DNA of 52,078 bases, counting the filler, from Dimargaris cristalligena (taxonomy: Eukaryota): NCBI GenBank assembly GCA_003614675.1. It is 2 parts of 2 records of this genome, joined end to end, with 100 filler letters (N's around TTAATTAATTAA, not from the genome) between each part and the next. Parts side by side here need not be neighbours in the genome. Positions count along the whole stretch, not along the records: positions 1 to 26,002 come from ML002548.1; positions 26,103 to 52,078 come from ML002549.1. One strand, given 5' to 3'. The translations under genes and the position numbers were made by a program. How positions within the stretch are numbered: the stretch's first letter is position 1; every line of letters begins with the position of its first letter. The notes under the pieces are model-generated. The model made no database searches. It had not been told where the DNA came from and saw only the letters and a program-made list of their open reading frames with translations. Positions 24,633-36,205 of this stretch are shown here, in pieces.

Positions 24633-26002
24633 ATGCTTATCCAGCAAGTCGACGCCGAAAAGATTATGGAGTTGGCCAGACAGGGCAAGTTCACCTTCCG
24701 CCCCGACCCCGAGATGCACTCCCTCGCCTACGGTTCGCGCTACGCCGTGGCCGATGTGCCCAAATTCAGCTTCCCCGAAAAATCCTCCCCCGCCGATGTG
24801 ACTTACCAGCTGGTGCACGACGAACTGGAGTTCGACGGCAAGCCCCTCATGAACTGCGCCACGTTTGTCACTACTTGGATGGAACCCCAGGCCGACAAGC
24901 TGATCATGGAGAACATCAATAAGAACTTCGCCGACCAGGACGAGTACCCCGCCGCCCAGCTCGTGCACGGTCGCTGTGTGTCGTATCTGGCGGATTTATG
25001 GAAAGCCCCCAAGGGGGGTAAGGCCGTGGGTACCGCTACCGGCGGGTCCTCGGAGGCCGTCATGCTCGGGGGGTTGGCCATGAAGTGGCGCTGGCGGGAG
25101 AAGCGCCAGGAGCTGGGTAAGGATACCTCCAAGCCCAACATCATTCTTGGCGCCAACGCCCAAGTAGCACTGGAAAAATTCGCCCGTTATTTTGATGTCG
25201 AGGCCCGCTTGATTCCCGTGAAGAGCGAGACCCAGTTCACCATGGACCCCGAGGAAGCCATCCGCCAATGCGACGAAAACACCATTGGCATGTACATCAT
25301 CCTGGGCTCCACCTACACCGGCCACTATGAGCCCGTGTGGGAAATCGCCCAGATGCTGGACGCCCTCCAAGAGCGTACCGGTTTGGACATTCCCATCCAC
25401 GTCGACGGGGCCTCCGGTGCTTTTGTCGCCCCCTTCCTGTACCCGGACCTGAAATGGTCCTTCGAAGTCCCCCGTGTCGTGAGTATCAACGCCTCGGGCC
25501 ACAAATTCGGTCTGTCGTACCCGGGTATCGGCTGGGTGATGTGGCGCGACCAGGTGCACCTGCCCCAGGACTTGATTTTCAACTTACATTACTTAGGGGG
25601 CGAGGAAGAAACCTACACCCTTAACTTCTCCCGTCCGTCGTGCTTCGTGATCACCCAGTATTACAACTTTATCCGCCTGGGCCGCGAGGGTTTCAAGCGC
25701 ATCCATAGCAACAGCCTGTCAAATGCCCGGTTGCTGTCCCGTTCGCTAGAGGCTACGGGGGCTTTTGAACTTCTTTCCGATATCCACCGTCCCCGGGGCC
25801 AGACCTACCATTCGCTGTTAGTCGAAACCCAAAGTAAGTCTCCCGGCGCTAAACGAACCACCACCATTCCCATCCAGAAGCCGGACGACGTGTTCCAGAC
25901 CATCTCCACCAAGGTGGACAGCGCCGAAGCCGAACTGGAGTACTACAACGCCGGTATCCCGGTGGTGACCTACCGCTTTACGCCCGAATTCCAGGATTCC
26001 TA
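24633..26002 (+). CDS. GAD1: Glutamate decarboxylase (PLP-dependent), 3' end lost at the assembly spacer
   Basis: ATG 24633; NCATFVTTWME, NKNFADQDEYP, GSSEAVMLGGLAMK, IHVDGASG, PLP-lysine motif SINASGHKFG and LNFSRP. The ORF runs into Ns at 26003. Confidence 0.95.
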
Positions 26003-26102
26003 NNNNNNNNNNNNNNNNNNNNNNNNNNNNNNNNNNNNNNNNNNNNTTAATTAATTAANNNNNNNNNNNNNNNNNNNNNNNNNNNNNNNNNNNNNNNNNN
26101 NN
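26003..26102. other. Artificial 100-nt spacer (44 N + TTAATTAATTAA + 44 N) joining two contigs
   Basis: Symmetric N padding around a palindromic 12-mer that has TAA stops in all six frames, a standard pseudomolecule linker. GAD does not resume on the right side. Confidence 0.95.
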
Positions 26103-26878
26103 CCGGGAGGCCTGGCCGGTTAAGGGGCTATCAATGATGTTCGGCCTGGTTAGGGCCGGGGGGTACAATATGGCGCTATACGGCCTGATATGACGGCGGT
26201 CATATTGGTTGGATTAGGACGGATTAGGAGGGGCGACAAAACCCACAACTGAAAAAAATCCAACAAGAGACCCCCACCTTTTGAACACCGACTGAGGGGT
26301 TTTCCCATTGAAAAATCAAAAACCCTGATGGCCCTGTCACTTAATTATTCTCTAACCCGAGGAAAAAAGCTAGGTCAAGTGGCAATCAATTTTTTGATAA
26401 GTGTGGACAGTCACCAATATGATCGATTAGCACAGATTCCCAACTTTCTTGATGGGGAGCTGCCATTCTCTTCTTTGGAGTTTAAAGTAAGTTCAACTGG
26501 TTTAGCTGATTCTTCTCAACTCAAAACTATTGTTAAAGGGGAAGACTAGGAGTTGATAATTTATCTGGAAGCCCCCAATTACGTGAAGAGAAATAACTAG
26601 ATCAAGGGCTTCAAGAATTTTTAGTCAATACTGTGTGTATATTTTATGCATTATGTCTAAGTGGAAGCAATACTAGAGTCTGGCCCGTGAAGTGTGCATC
26701 ATTATCTGCTATTATATGAAAATTGGAAATTGGCATACCATTCTTAATCACAGGGTTGGTCCTATCCATACTTATTTAAAACTATAATGAAGGGGCCAGC
26801 TGGACTAACTACTCTTAGTCTTCCAAGACTCCTGGCAATAGGCTTCTAACATTGAGTGGTGCAGGGCCTGAATGCATA

Positions 26879-26971
26879 CAAGGGATGGGGTACACAGATA
26901 CAAATAAAGTAAAGGACAAGAGGCAAGGGATATGGTACACAAATATAAATAAAGTAAGGGACAATGTAGGC
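26879..26971. repeat. Imperfect tandem duplication of a ~46-bp unit
   Basis: AAGGGATGGGGTACACAGATACAAATAAAGTAAAGGACAAGAGGC is followed by AAGGGATATGGTACACAAATATAAATAAAGTAAGGGACAATGTAGGC. Confidence 0.8.
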
Positions 26972-28280
26972 TGCATACTTACTAGCCAAGTAGGGCAATA
27001 TACTGTTGAAGAACATGTTCCTACATGTTCTTTATCGTATCCTGTTTCACCCAATTATGTTAGTTTATTCTGCTATTATAAGATCATTTGTGTTAGCCAC
27101 TTATATTTCACCCCACTAAAATTACAGTTCAATAAAACCAACCACCTAGAGGCACCTACTGTCCTCTAGCTACTTTCTTCCCTTACTTCCAGTTTTATTT
27201 TCTTTACATCCTTAGTATTCCAACATATACATTGATAATTGATTAGAGCAATAGGGAGAGGGCATAACCTAAAGTATTAATCAATCCCAATGTGGACCCA
27301 TTATATCAAGTGGGATAGCTCCAGAAGGAGTTTCCCTAGAGTAATACGAGGAACACTACAAGATAGGTTAATAGACCAGATGGGGACTGGTGGTATTTGG
27401 AAGACTCTGCTGGGAACTGAAATAGTCTTTGGGCTAACACCGGGGCGGGTGGTACTAATAGTTTCCAGTGGCCGGAAGTGATAATAAATGATGATACTAT
27501 GGGATAGGCAATATAACATAATAAGACCTATTAAGATTGGTTAATCTAACCAGGCTGGATTAAGCCTGATTAGAGAGTGCACTAATGACGGTGAATCATA
27601 TAGAAAGGTCTAGGACTGAATAAATTGAATTAGTCAGTGTAATAAGAATTGTCAACCCCCACAACACAGCACCAAGCCCACATACACATGTGCCCTTTTC
27701 CCGCCTAACCAATATTCTCTACATACCTTAATAATCGCCGACTAAAGCAACCCCTAATCCAACAGTTGCATTTAAGACTGGACTGCCATAAAAGCATATT
27801 AGCGAATAGGACAACTAGGTCTTCAAAACTTAAGAAATATATGGGGTTTTCCACGTACCCTAGACATCCTCTCTACAGAGACCCCGGGCCTTATTTTATG
27901 CAAGTGGTGGCAGTTGGTTTGTGTTAGTCAATTTTTCGCCTTTCGCACATTTCCTTAGCTATAAAATAATCCCCAAATTGGCTAGCAATACTTCTTTTGG
28001 CCTTTTAGTTGCACAATGGTCTTGGGCAATGCAACTACCACTACCCTTGCCCTTCCTCAAACCACGGCATTGCTTTAAGAGCCAGCTATTCACCCCTTGA
28101 GTTGGCCTTTTTCCACCGGCACTATTTGATTGAAAAAGTAACCAGGCTGGTCCATGGTATTCTTTGACTAATCCGACGCTTCCTATTCGTGACTAGCCCA
28201 TTGTTGTAAAACTACACTTTGGGGGGTATATCCGGTAGTCTTTCGCGCCTACGCCGTCCCTGTGGTCCTTGCTATAATTA

Positions 28281-28422
28281 TATGGAAGATGTTCAACTGG
28301 GCTATATAACGAAAAATCTATTGGACAAGACAAATATTAATGGCTAAAACTAAGTATCCTGCCTGTTATCCCATCCACATAGCATTTAAAACCTTAGACA
28401 GCTGGGTTAACTCTCACCCATA
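28281..28422. mobile_element. MITE-like element, copy 2
   Basis: TATGGAAGATGTTCAACTGGGCTATATAAC-GAAAAATCTATTGGA...AAAACCTTAGACAGCTGGGTTAACTCTCACCCATA, collinear with copy 1 including the interior. Confidence 0.75.
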
Positions 28423-29736
28423 TGTATTACAAAAATGGTGGGGATGGTATAGGGACAATGCCCACTGACATGTACCCCATTACTCCCGCATTGCCCTACC
28501 CTCCTTAATTATTTTCCTGGATGACTATGCCACCTGCCTCAGACTCTCTTGTTGGTCTTTCCCAGTTTTATGACTCCCCTGTTCTAATACTTCTTTTACC
28601 TAGGGAGCTGCCCTGTGGAATTCCCAGCCGACCCTCACAACGGGCCGCCGTGTGGTGAAGTTCGACTAATTGAATCAAATAGGCCCGACCTCCACTGCCC
28701 TTCGTCCCAACCCAGTTTTCCTAAATGCTGGCTTTTGAACTATCCTTATAAGCAGCCTGCTGTGAGCCCCGATAGTCGACATGGGTAAATGAGGGTGATA
28801 CAATGGGCGTCCCGTTTAACTTCTCGAATCTTGTGCGACGCTGGCTATTAATAGTCGTGTATTTGAAACCTAGGCACTTTTAATGAGTACAATATGTTAA
28901 GTCAGTACAGTGGGCTTTATAAAACAAATGCCCCGTTTCATTCAGTTGGACTGAAGCACGCCCACATATTGGATTCTTCGTCGCCCCTCCCCTTATCCAT
29001 CAAGTAAACATAGATCCAGCATCCAGCGCTTAATCAATGGACAATTTGTGACTAATTTACCCGATGGGAACGAGTGACGAAGAAGGGGAGTGCGAAACCA
29101 TACCATTGCGGCTGTATATGTCGTTTATCCGCCTTGGGCTTCGATTGGCCACTTCGTACATGGAGAACAATGGTACCATAATGACATAGATTATATATTT
29201 GGAATTCACGGTAGTGGAGGGGAGGGTGACCTAGGCGCCTTCATACTGCCAAACTAGGACATGGTTCTGTCCCATGGCCAATAACTGGTGCGCTGCCTCC
29301 CCTAAACCAACGGTTCACTATGGGTTCGCTTTTTAAAGGGGACATTCCCTCACAATTGCGAAACTTCGTACAGGGAAACCCCTTGTTAACTACCTACGCC
29401 ACTTCGGCCACCGCAAAATTATGTTTAATTAATATCTAATATACACCTGATTTTCACTAGGAAATGAATGACAGTGCCCATCCGTATATACTAATAAAGT
29501 CTTATGGTTTTTATTTTTATTTTTTTGGTTAAACACAACCTCATTGACCGCGATAAAGGTTGGGGGGGGCACATTTCATTCTATTATTTATAATCTGCAG
29601 TAGCCCGCTCCATCTGCCTCTCAACTGTTCCGCGGCTCTCTTTTACGTAATATTTTTAACTTCTTTTTAAATTACCCTGGCTTACCCAAGGCCATCTTAT
29701 ATCCCCCCTTTTTTTTTCGCCATCGTTTAACGAAAA

Positions 29737-31032
29737 ATGCTGCATCGCTCGACTCTTTATGGTGTCCTTGTTGTGTCCGCAATCGTAGCTAGCCAAGGCC
29801 GAGCAAAGCTAAGTGACCACCCCGCCAGTACCCATACCCTTGCCCGCCGTTCCCTCACCTCTTGGTCGAATGATTTTAAGCGTGACTTTCGGGACTCCAA
29901 ATACCGCTACTCCCGTTACCTCAAAGACCAGGGCCTCATGTATAACGACCGCTCGTGGCGTCAAAAAAGACTCTCCTATACGGATGAGCGGTTTGATGAG
30001 AAAACCAGGACCCGCACCACAGAGAATTATAATGAAGATTACAAAACACCGGGTGTCAAAACATTTGACTTTCTGGCCAACTTAGCTCCGCGCCCGAAGG
30101 TGGCCAACATTGAAAATGTGGTTCCCGAACAGCCTAAACCTAAGCCCAACCCTGACCCGCAGCTGGTGGGTGCCCCATCCCATACTCGTCCTCAGCAGCA
30201 ACAGCAACAACAGTCCACTGCCATTAGTAACAAAAACTCTCCTGACAATGGCCAAGAGACGGTACATCCCCAGGTCCAGGCTCAGGCCCCGGAGTCCTTT
30301 CTCTCTGCTCCGAATGAGTCCGGTTCCTCTATGCCCAACAATGGCCACGTTGACGAACACTCTGTATGGCAATGGAACGACAATAGACTACCCAATTGGG
30401 GTTATAACCAACCTGCTCCCGCGCCTCAGTATCATTCATCGTACGCCAACGAGATAACCCAACAATCCGAGATCCAGCCCCCCCCTAGTGGATACCCCGA
30501 ACAGTTTCCAGGTTGGTTTAATAGCCAAACCACCAACCACCTCTCTGCTGCGGTGAATACTCATCAAAATGCGGTCAACAATTTCCCTAATACTCAGATG
30601 ACCGGGAATAACTACCAGCATACTGCAGTGCTTGATAACCAAGATCCCGGCAAACCCATCCCCCTGTCCCAGAAAACGACTTACAACTACCCAATCGATG
30701 CGGGACAGAATCAGCCAAAAAACCATTTGGCCCAAAATGAAAAGTGGCGCATCTCCCAGCGGACCACAACTCCGCCCCTCCCTCCTACAGGTCAACAGGC
30801 GCCCGGGCCAGGCCAGGACAGCTTCAATGATGTGGATGACCTAGACATCCAGGGTGAATTCAGAACGCCAATCGCCGGCAAGATAGGCCTTTATTACAAT
30901 GGGCAGGCCTTTGCGTTCTATCCCGAGCAGTCTGCCGGGAACTCCAATGGGGCCAACTCTACCCCGTTTCATATGGAGAATACGGTGAGTGAAGTGCAAC
31001 AAGGCTTGTTGAGGCGTCCGGTACAAGGGTAA
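29737..31032 (+). CDS. Orphan secreted protein, Q/N/P-rich, largely disordered
   Basis: 431-aa single-exon ORF with AAAAATG start context, signal peptide (MLHRSTLYGVLVVSAIVASQGRA), LARR dibasic site and poly-Q. No family recognised. Confidence 0.75.
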   Translation: MLHRSTLYGVLVVSAIVASQGRAKLSDHPASTHTLARRSLTSWSNDFKRDFRDSKYRYSRYLKDQGLMYNDRSWRQKRLSYTDERFDEKTRTRTTENYNEDYKTPGVKTFDFLANLAPRPKVANIENVVPEQPKPKPNPDPQLVGAPSHTRPQQQQQQQSTAISNKNSPDNGQETVHPQVQAQAPESFLSAPNESGSSMPNNGHVDEHSVWQWNDNRLPNWGYNQPAPAPQYHSSYANEITQQSEIQPPPSGYPEQFPGWFNSQTTNHLSAAVNTHQNAVNNFPNTQMTGNNYQHTAVLDNQDPGKPIPLSQKTTYNYPIDAGQNQPKNHLAQNEKWRISQRTTTPPLPPTGQQAPGPGQDSFNDVDDLDIQGEFRTPIAGKIGLYYNGQAFAFYPEQSAGNSNGANSTPFHMENTVSEVQQGLLRRPVQG

Positions 31033-32322
31033 ACGGAGAAAAATCCCGGGCCCTTATCACGTACTGCACTTATTTACGATAATCATTGAGGCTATAACGG
31101 CCGGAGTTTAGTATAGTATAGTATAGTAGTCTTATCTAGTGATTTTTAGATACCAAGATCCCTTGTTGATTATGTAAATTCCGGATATCTCCTTTTCATT
31201 CGAAGTGTACCCATAGCCATAGTTACTCTATAGCAACCATTGTCGTTGAATTTTTATCATTTATTCTTTTTAGCTTGATCAATAAACGATGCCACGGGCG
31301 GTTCGATTCCACCATTTTTTTTTAATAAAATGGAACACCTGTATGAATAATATATGGCATTGTTGGGTCACTGATGGGATACATTCATAGGTTTAACCAT
31401 TTATTTAGATGTAGGTGGGGAATGAAAGCGACCGGTTGTTGACCAGGCTGGATAACTCGGCCGGTCTTCAGGGACTCCGTCTGTTAATCCAATAGCAATG
31501 ATCGAAACCGACAAATGATACCTACAACCTCTTCGAATCTGGATCCTACAATTATGCACTAAAATAAAATCGACCAACTTGGCTCTTGCGCCTGAAGCAA
31601 CACCAACCATTAGGCGAGCCACATAGTCTGCCAAGGATAGCTAAAACTGGACTTTCTGGCCCAAAACAGCCTAACAATACATTGGCATATCCCTCCCCAT
31701 CTCCAAACAATAAATAACCAGCGCCTTTGTTCAGTACATTTCCTCTCGTCACTGTATTTTCAGTTAATGTCCGAAAATGACGTTTCTCAGCCACATGGGC
31801 GATCTTTCCGGACCATGAACACGGACTTGTGGGCCTCTAGGTAGCTTTACTGTCCTCCATATCATGTTTACTGTTATAATAAGGGATAGATTCGACCCAA
31901 CAGTATAAAATCTATATGGGTTGACCAAGCTATTCGAGTCATGCGATCTTAATGAGACTGATATAGCCTTTCCCCTCCCTACATTTTACGGTACTCATCA
32001 TATAGACCATGTAAGTTTGGCTTATGTAGAGGTAGGCGCCCAGAGTGGGCAGATAAGTATGGCTAGTATGCAATTATCACATTGAAAGTGTTGGACTTAT
32101 ACAGCAAAGGGTAAACGCATGGTCTTCCTAAGGCAGCTTAAAACGGTATTAAAAGACATAAAGACTCGCAAGGGACATTGGCAAATGCCTGTGGTTGCTT
32201 TTATTGAGATTGATAAAAGAAATAAATTATATGAATTGATGTCTCGGATATGGGACGATATAGCCAGAGACACATAATCGCCGGGGCGGGCGGAATAAAT
32301 CTCGAACGAAGGGATGTCTTGA

Positions 32323-32466
32323 CATGGAAGAGGTTCAATTTGGCTGTATAACAAAAAAGATGCGTGTGATTAAGCAGGCACTTCTGATTGAAGGTTACTG
32401 CCCTGCTTATTTTCCCCTATACGCGGCATTGGGAATGTTATACAGCTGGGTTGAACTTCGCCTATA
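32323..32466. mobile_element. MITE-like element, copy 3 (same TIR family, different interior)
   Basis: Left end CATGGAAGAGGTTCAATTTGGCTGTATAAC; right end reverse-complements to TATAGGCGAAGTTCAACCCAGCTGTATAAC. Confidence 0.7.
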
Positions 32467-33927
32467 ATACCGATTTTATCACCAATGCCCTCTCTGCCCG
32501 ATGGCCATACCCACTCCTCCCCCCAACTAAACCACCCGTGGCCAACCTGTCTATACAATGGCATTAAAGGAAATCCGTTTAGTCCAGTAATAAACTGGAT
32601 TGACCAGGGGATTAATAAACGAACCGGAGGGACAGAGCTGAAGGTGCGTATATACGGAGTATCCTTTGTATTCCGAGCCCCTCCACGGTGCTAATAGTAA
32701 ACCAACAGGCGGTGTAGACAGTCAAGAGGAAGTATACCAAGAAAGTATTGCTCACCCACAGGTTGTGGCCCAATAAAAATAAAACAAGGCTTTAAATGAG
32801 AATGCCCAATTTTCGGCTCGTTTACAAGGTAAGGGTAGTGTTATAGCCGACATGGACAGTAGGTCGGCCCGTTCTCCTCTAATCAGACACATTACCATAC
32901 TTCAATCATGCCATTTAATTTGAGGAAAATTAGTACTAGTAGTAGTAGTAGCAGTGGTGGTAGTATTATCCATAGCCCCTTCCCCTCCATTGATAAAATA
33001 ATACTTGACCAGATCGATTATTGAGTATACCGGCTGCAACCTGCCCTTCCCCAACCATCGCCCTACCCACTGTCACCCATGTAAAAGCTGTATGGGTCTC
33101 GGGCCAAAACCCCTCGTATTCTCCCTCCGACCCTTCCCCAAACCATGGATAATAATCGGACAGACCCCATGTTTTGAATACATTGATTGGCAGTACCTAA
33201 AATGACACGGACTCTCCGGCCGGCCAGGCCAATGCTTTCGGCTAAGCATTGGGCCGGGGAGCGCCAAGACAGCAGTCCTTTAGCAGTGATCCAATGGATG
33301 CTTATCTCCCTCTTACATCCCCCCCCTGGCCTGTCCGTTGAATACAATCGGGGCACTGCTTTGCCATCGGCCCCGCCCTTTATTATCAGCAATCCTCCTT
33401 CGCGCTACTCCCTTGTATTTTATTCGCCGGAATAGCCCTAACGGGACAGATAAAGAATGGGTGTATACTAGGGTTTATTTAATTTTGCGGCGCCAAGGAT
33501 GATCAACGGAAACCAAGGGCGGGCGATCCCGCTGGGGCATTTCGATCTAACTAAAGGCGGGGAGGTTCCGCAAACCGAATGGGCACACACAGAGAGAGAG
33601 AGAGAGAGAAATTGATAGGTAGATCTGCTCTATTCGACCGAGGCTGTAATAGGCCCCGCAATTTTGGGAGGGGGTTTGGCTATATGCCTTTCCTTGGCGT
33701 TTATCGCCCTACAGTTTGGTGCGTGTATATATATATAGGATGGAGGGGCCACTCCTTCAGCTTATCATCCAATTCTCCATACGCCCAACAACACCTTCAT
33801 TCAGCTCCTTTCCATTACAACATCCTAACCCTCTATAACCATTAGCTTCCCTGAATTCACCCTCCCACCCACCTTACCTAACCCTCACTTCTTTTTCGCA
33901 TATTTTTTCTAACCATCCGTCGCCAAT

Positions 33928-34275
33928 ATGCACGCCAAGTACTACCTCGCCGTGGTCGCCACCCTCGCCTGCCTCGCTGCTGATATGGTGGACAACACCC
34001 ACGCGGCTCCGACTCCGGCTCCGGCTCCGGCTCCACAACCCCGCCCAATTCTCAAAAAAATTTTGGGAAAGAAAAATGAAAAGAGCTCCACCTCTAAGCC
34101 AACCTCCAAAACCACCACCAGAGATGCGGGTGGCGAACCAGTCCTGACTGCGGATCCAGGTCACCTTAGCGCAAGAAAAGAAATAGCCACTCAGATGGTA
34201 ATTGCTGGGACGGGGGCGGCCATCACTAGTCAATTTACCCCTAGTGCTCCTGTCGTTCCCGCGGAAGCGGTTTAA
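33928..34275 (+). CDS. Small secreted protein / putative prepropeptide (115 aa)
   Basis: Signal peptide MHAKYYLAVVATLACLA, then an X-Pro dipeptide run APTPAPAPAPQPRP and cationic ILKKILGKK. C-ending codons dominate the 5' part. A TATA-like tract lies at ~33726 with a pyrimidine-rich leader. Confidence 0.75.
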   Translation: MHAKYYLAVVATLACLAADMVDNTHAAPTPAPAPAPQPRPILKKILGKKNEKSSTSKPTSKTTTRDAGGEPVLTADPGHLSARKEIATQMVIAGTGAAITSQFTPSAPVVPAEAV

Positions 34276-36205
34276 CCCAGTCCAACTTTCTACTTCGCCA
34301 CACCCAACACAGCTCGGCGGCATCCCCCCACGTACATTCGACCCTTCTCTACCCCAGGCACCGCGACCCTAACTAACCCCAACCCTGCCATGGTTGAGCA
34401 AGGCCCATCCCCATCATATTTATATTTATATTTAAACACATGCTACTACTTCATCTCCTACACCATTTTCCTTTGGGCACCACCACCAATGGAAAAAACC
34501 CCCAACAACAACCACAACAGATCAATAAACTCCCTTACATTAGAGGCGAATATACTTAACCATTTTCGGAGCATCTGCTCAACCAACCCCTTCATCCTTC
34601 GTCGGTATAAACTGGATGGGCTCCCTCCTATACCTGTGAGCACTAGGTGGAGACCGAAAAATAGGATTGGCATTAAACATCATTCAAGCCCAAATGGAAA
34701 ATAGGAGTATAATGCAGGGAGAAATTGATGATTCGCCAGCGAAACAATAGCTACCGGGTCGAGCGGCGTATGTCTCTTTGTATAAAAGCACACGATCGAG
34801 GCGATCATTAGGCCTGTGGGGCTCCAGCTACCACCTTCACGCTAGGCATTGTCGGAAGAGCCATGCACTTCTATGCGCCTGTAAGGGCACTTTGGACTGC
34901 CAAGAATAGATGGTGTAGTATCAACGACTATTATAGATTGGACTTCGGCCGTTAATGGGCCATGCGGCAGACTACTCCCTAAAATAGAGAAGATGTGGAG
35001 AATTACCCACAAACATAATTAGAATTCTCTATATAGGTGACGTACCTCTGGGTTGCAATTATTAAACATTTGGAATATCACCGGTGCGTGACTAAATACG
35101 CGACAACTGCCTGGAATCATCAATATATATATATATACAAGATTACAATATAAAAATGACAGTTGCTAACTATTCGGTCGTTATAGCTTAACCCATAGCA
35201 ATTACCATTACAGAACCTATTCCGAATAAAGTAAATTTATTGACGAAAATATATAACAATCCCATATGGTGCGAGAGACAAGTTTGTTATTTACCAAAAT
35301 AAAAGATGGAAATGTTGTCAATAGTAAACCTTTAATAACGGAAGAGGCGGGGTATATCAGGGAGAAAAGGGAAAGATGGTACGCAGGAATTGGAGGGAAA
35401 TATTAAAATCGGAATATAGGCGGGAAAAAAAGGGCCAGACAAAGGCATAGGAATACAAGGAGGTGATTAAAAATATGAAATAAAAATGAGCGCGGGAAGT
35501 GAACGGAAGGAAATGCTGTAAAAATCAAACCGGGAAAGAAGAGATTGAGAGATGGGTTAGGGGAGCGGAGAAATAGGTGGGTCGTTACAAGTCATATCAA
35601 ACAACTAGCTGGTATAAAATAGAGGGCGGGAAAGTATAGGGTCCAGCATAGGCAGTTCCAGTCAAAGTGGTTGCGTCTGTGTATAACTGCTGGGAGTAGA
35701 TAAAGAAAGGGTGACCTAAGAGCGTTAATCTAGAACTAAAAAGGTAATAGTGGGCTATAGAAAACAAGAAAAATGGGCTGTAATGGAATAAAGGCATGCT
35801 CCACTTCTACCTTTGGAGGTACTATAATAGAGTTGCAGTGTTGCAGTAGGTGGCGCTCACACTGTTCTATGATCGAAAATACCACCACTAATGGAAGGCA
35901 TGGTATAGCATAAGCAGTATTATGTATATATATATGGAATAAAATGATGATATAATGGGCCAAATAATCCCCCCAAAACGTCCGAAACTATACAAGTGAC
36001 GTTGCCCGGTGCGGGGATTGGGAGCCATAAAATCACACTGGAAGCGCTGAAAGCACCTCAGAACTACCACGGTTAATGACAGGGGGCGGGGGAAGAAGGG
36101 ACCAAATCAGGGATAGTAAACAAAAGGACATGGTGAAAAATTATTCTTTTCAAAAAAAAAAAAAAAAAAAAGAAGGAAAAAACCATACTTCGTCTAAAAG
36201 GTACC

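Noticed and set aside
27488..27570. C/D-box-like pair (ATGATGA..CTGA)
   Set aside because: No terminal stem or recognisable rRNA-complementary guide, and it lies within decayed repeat DNA.
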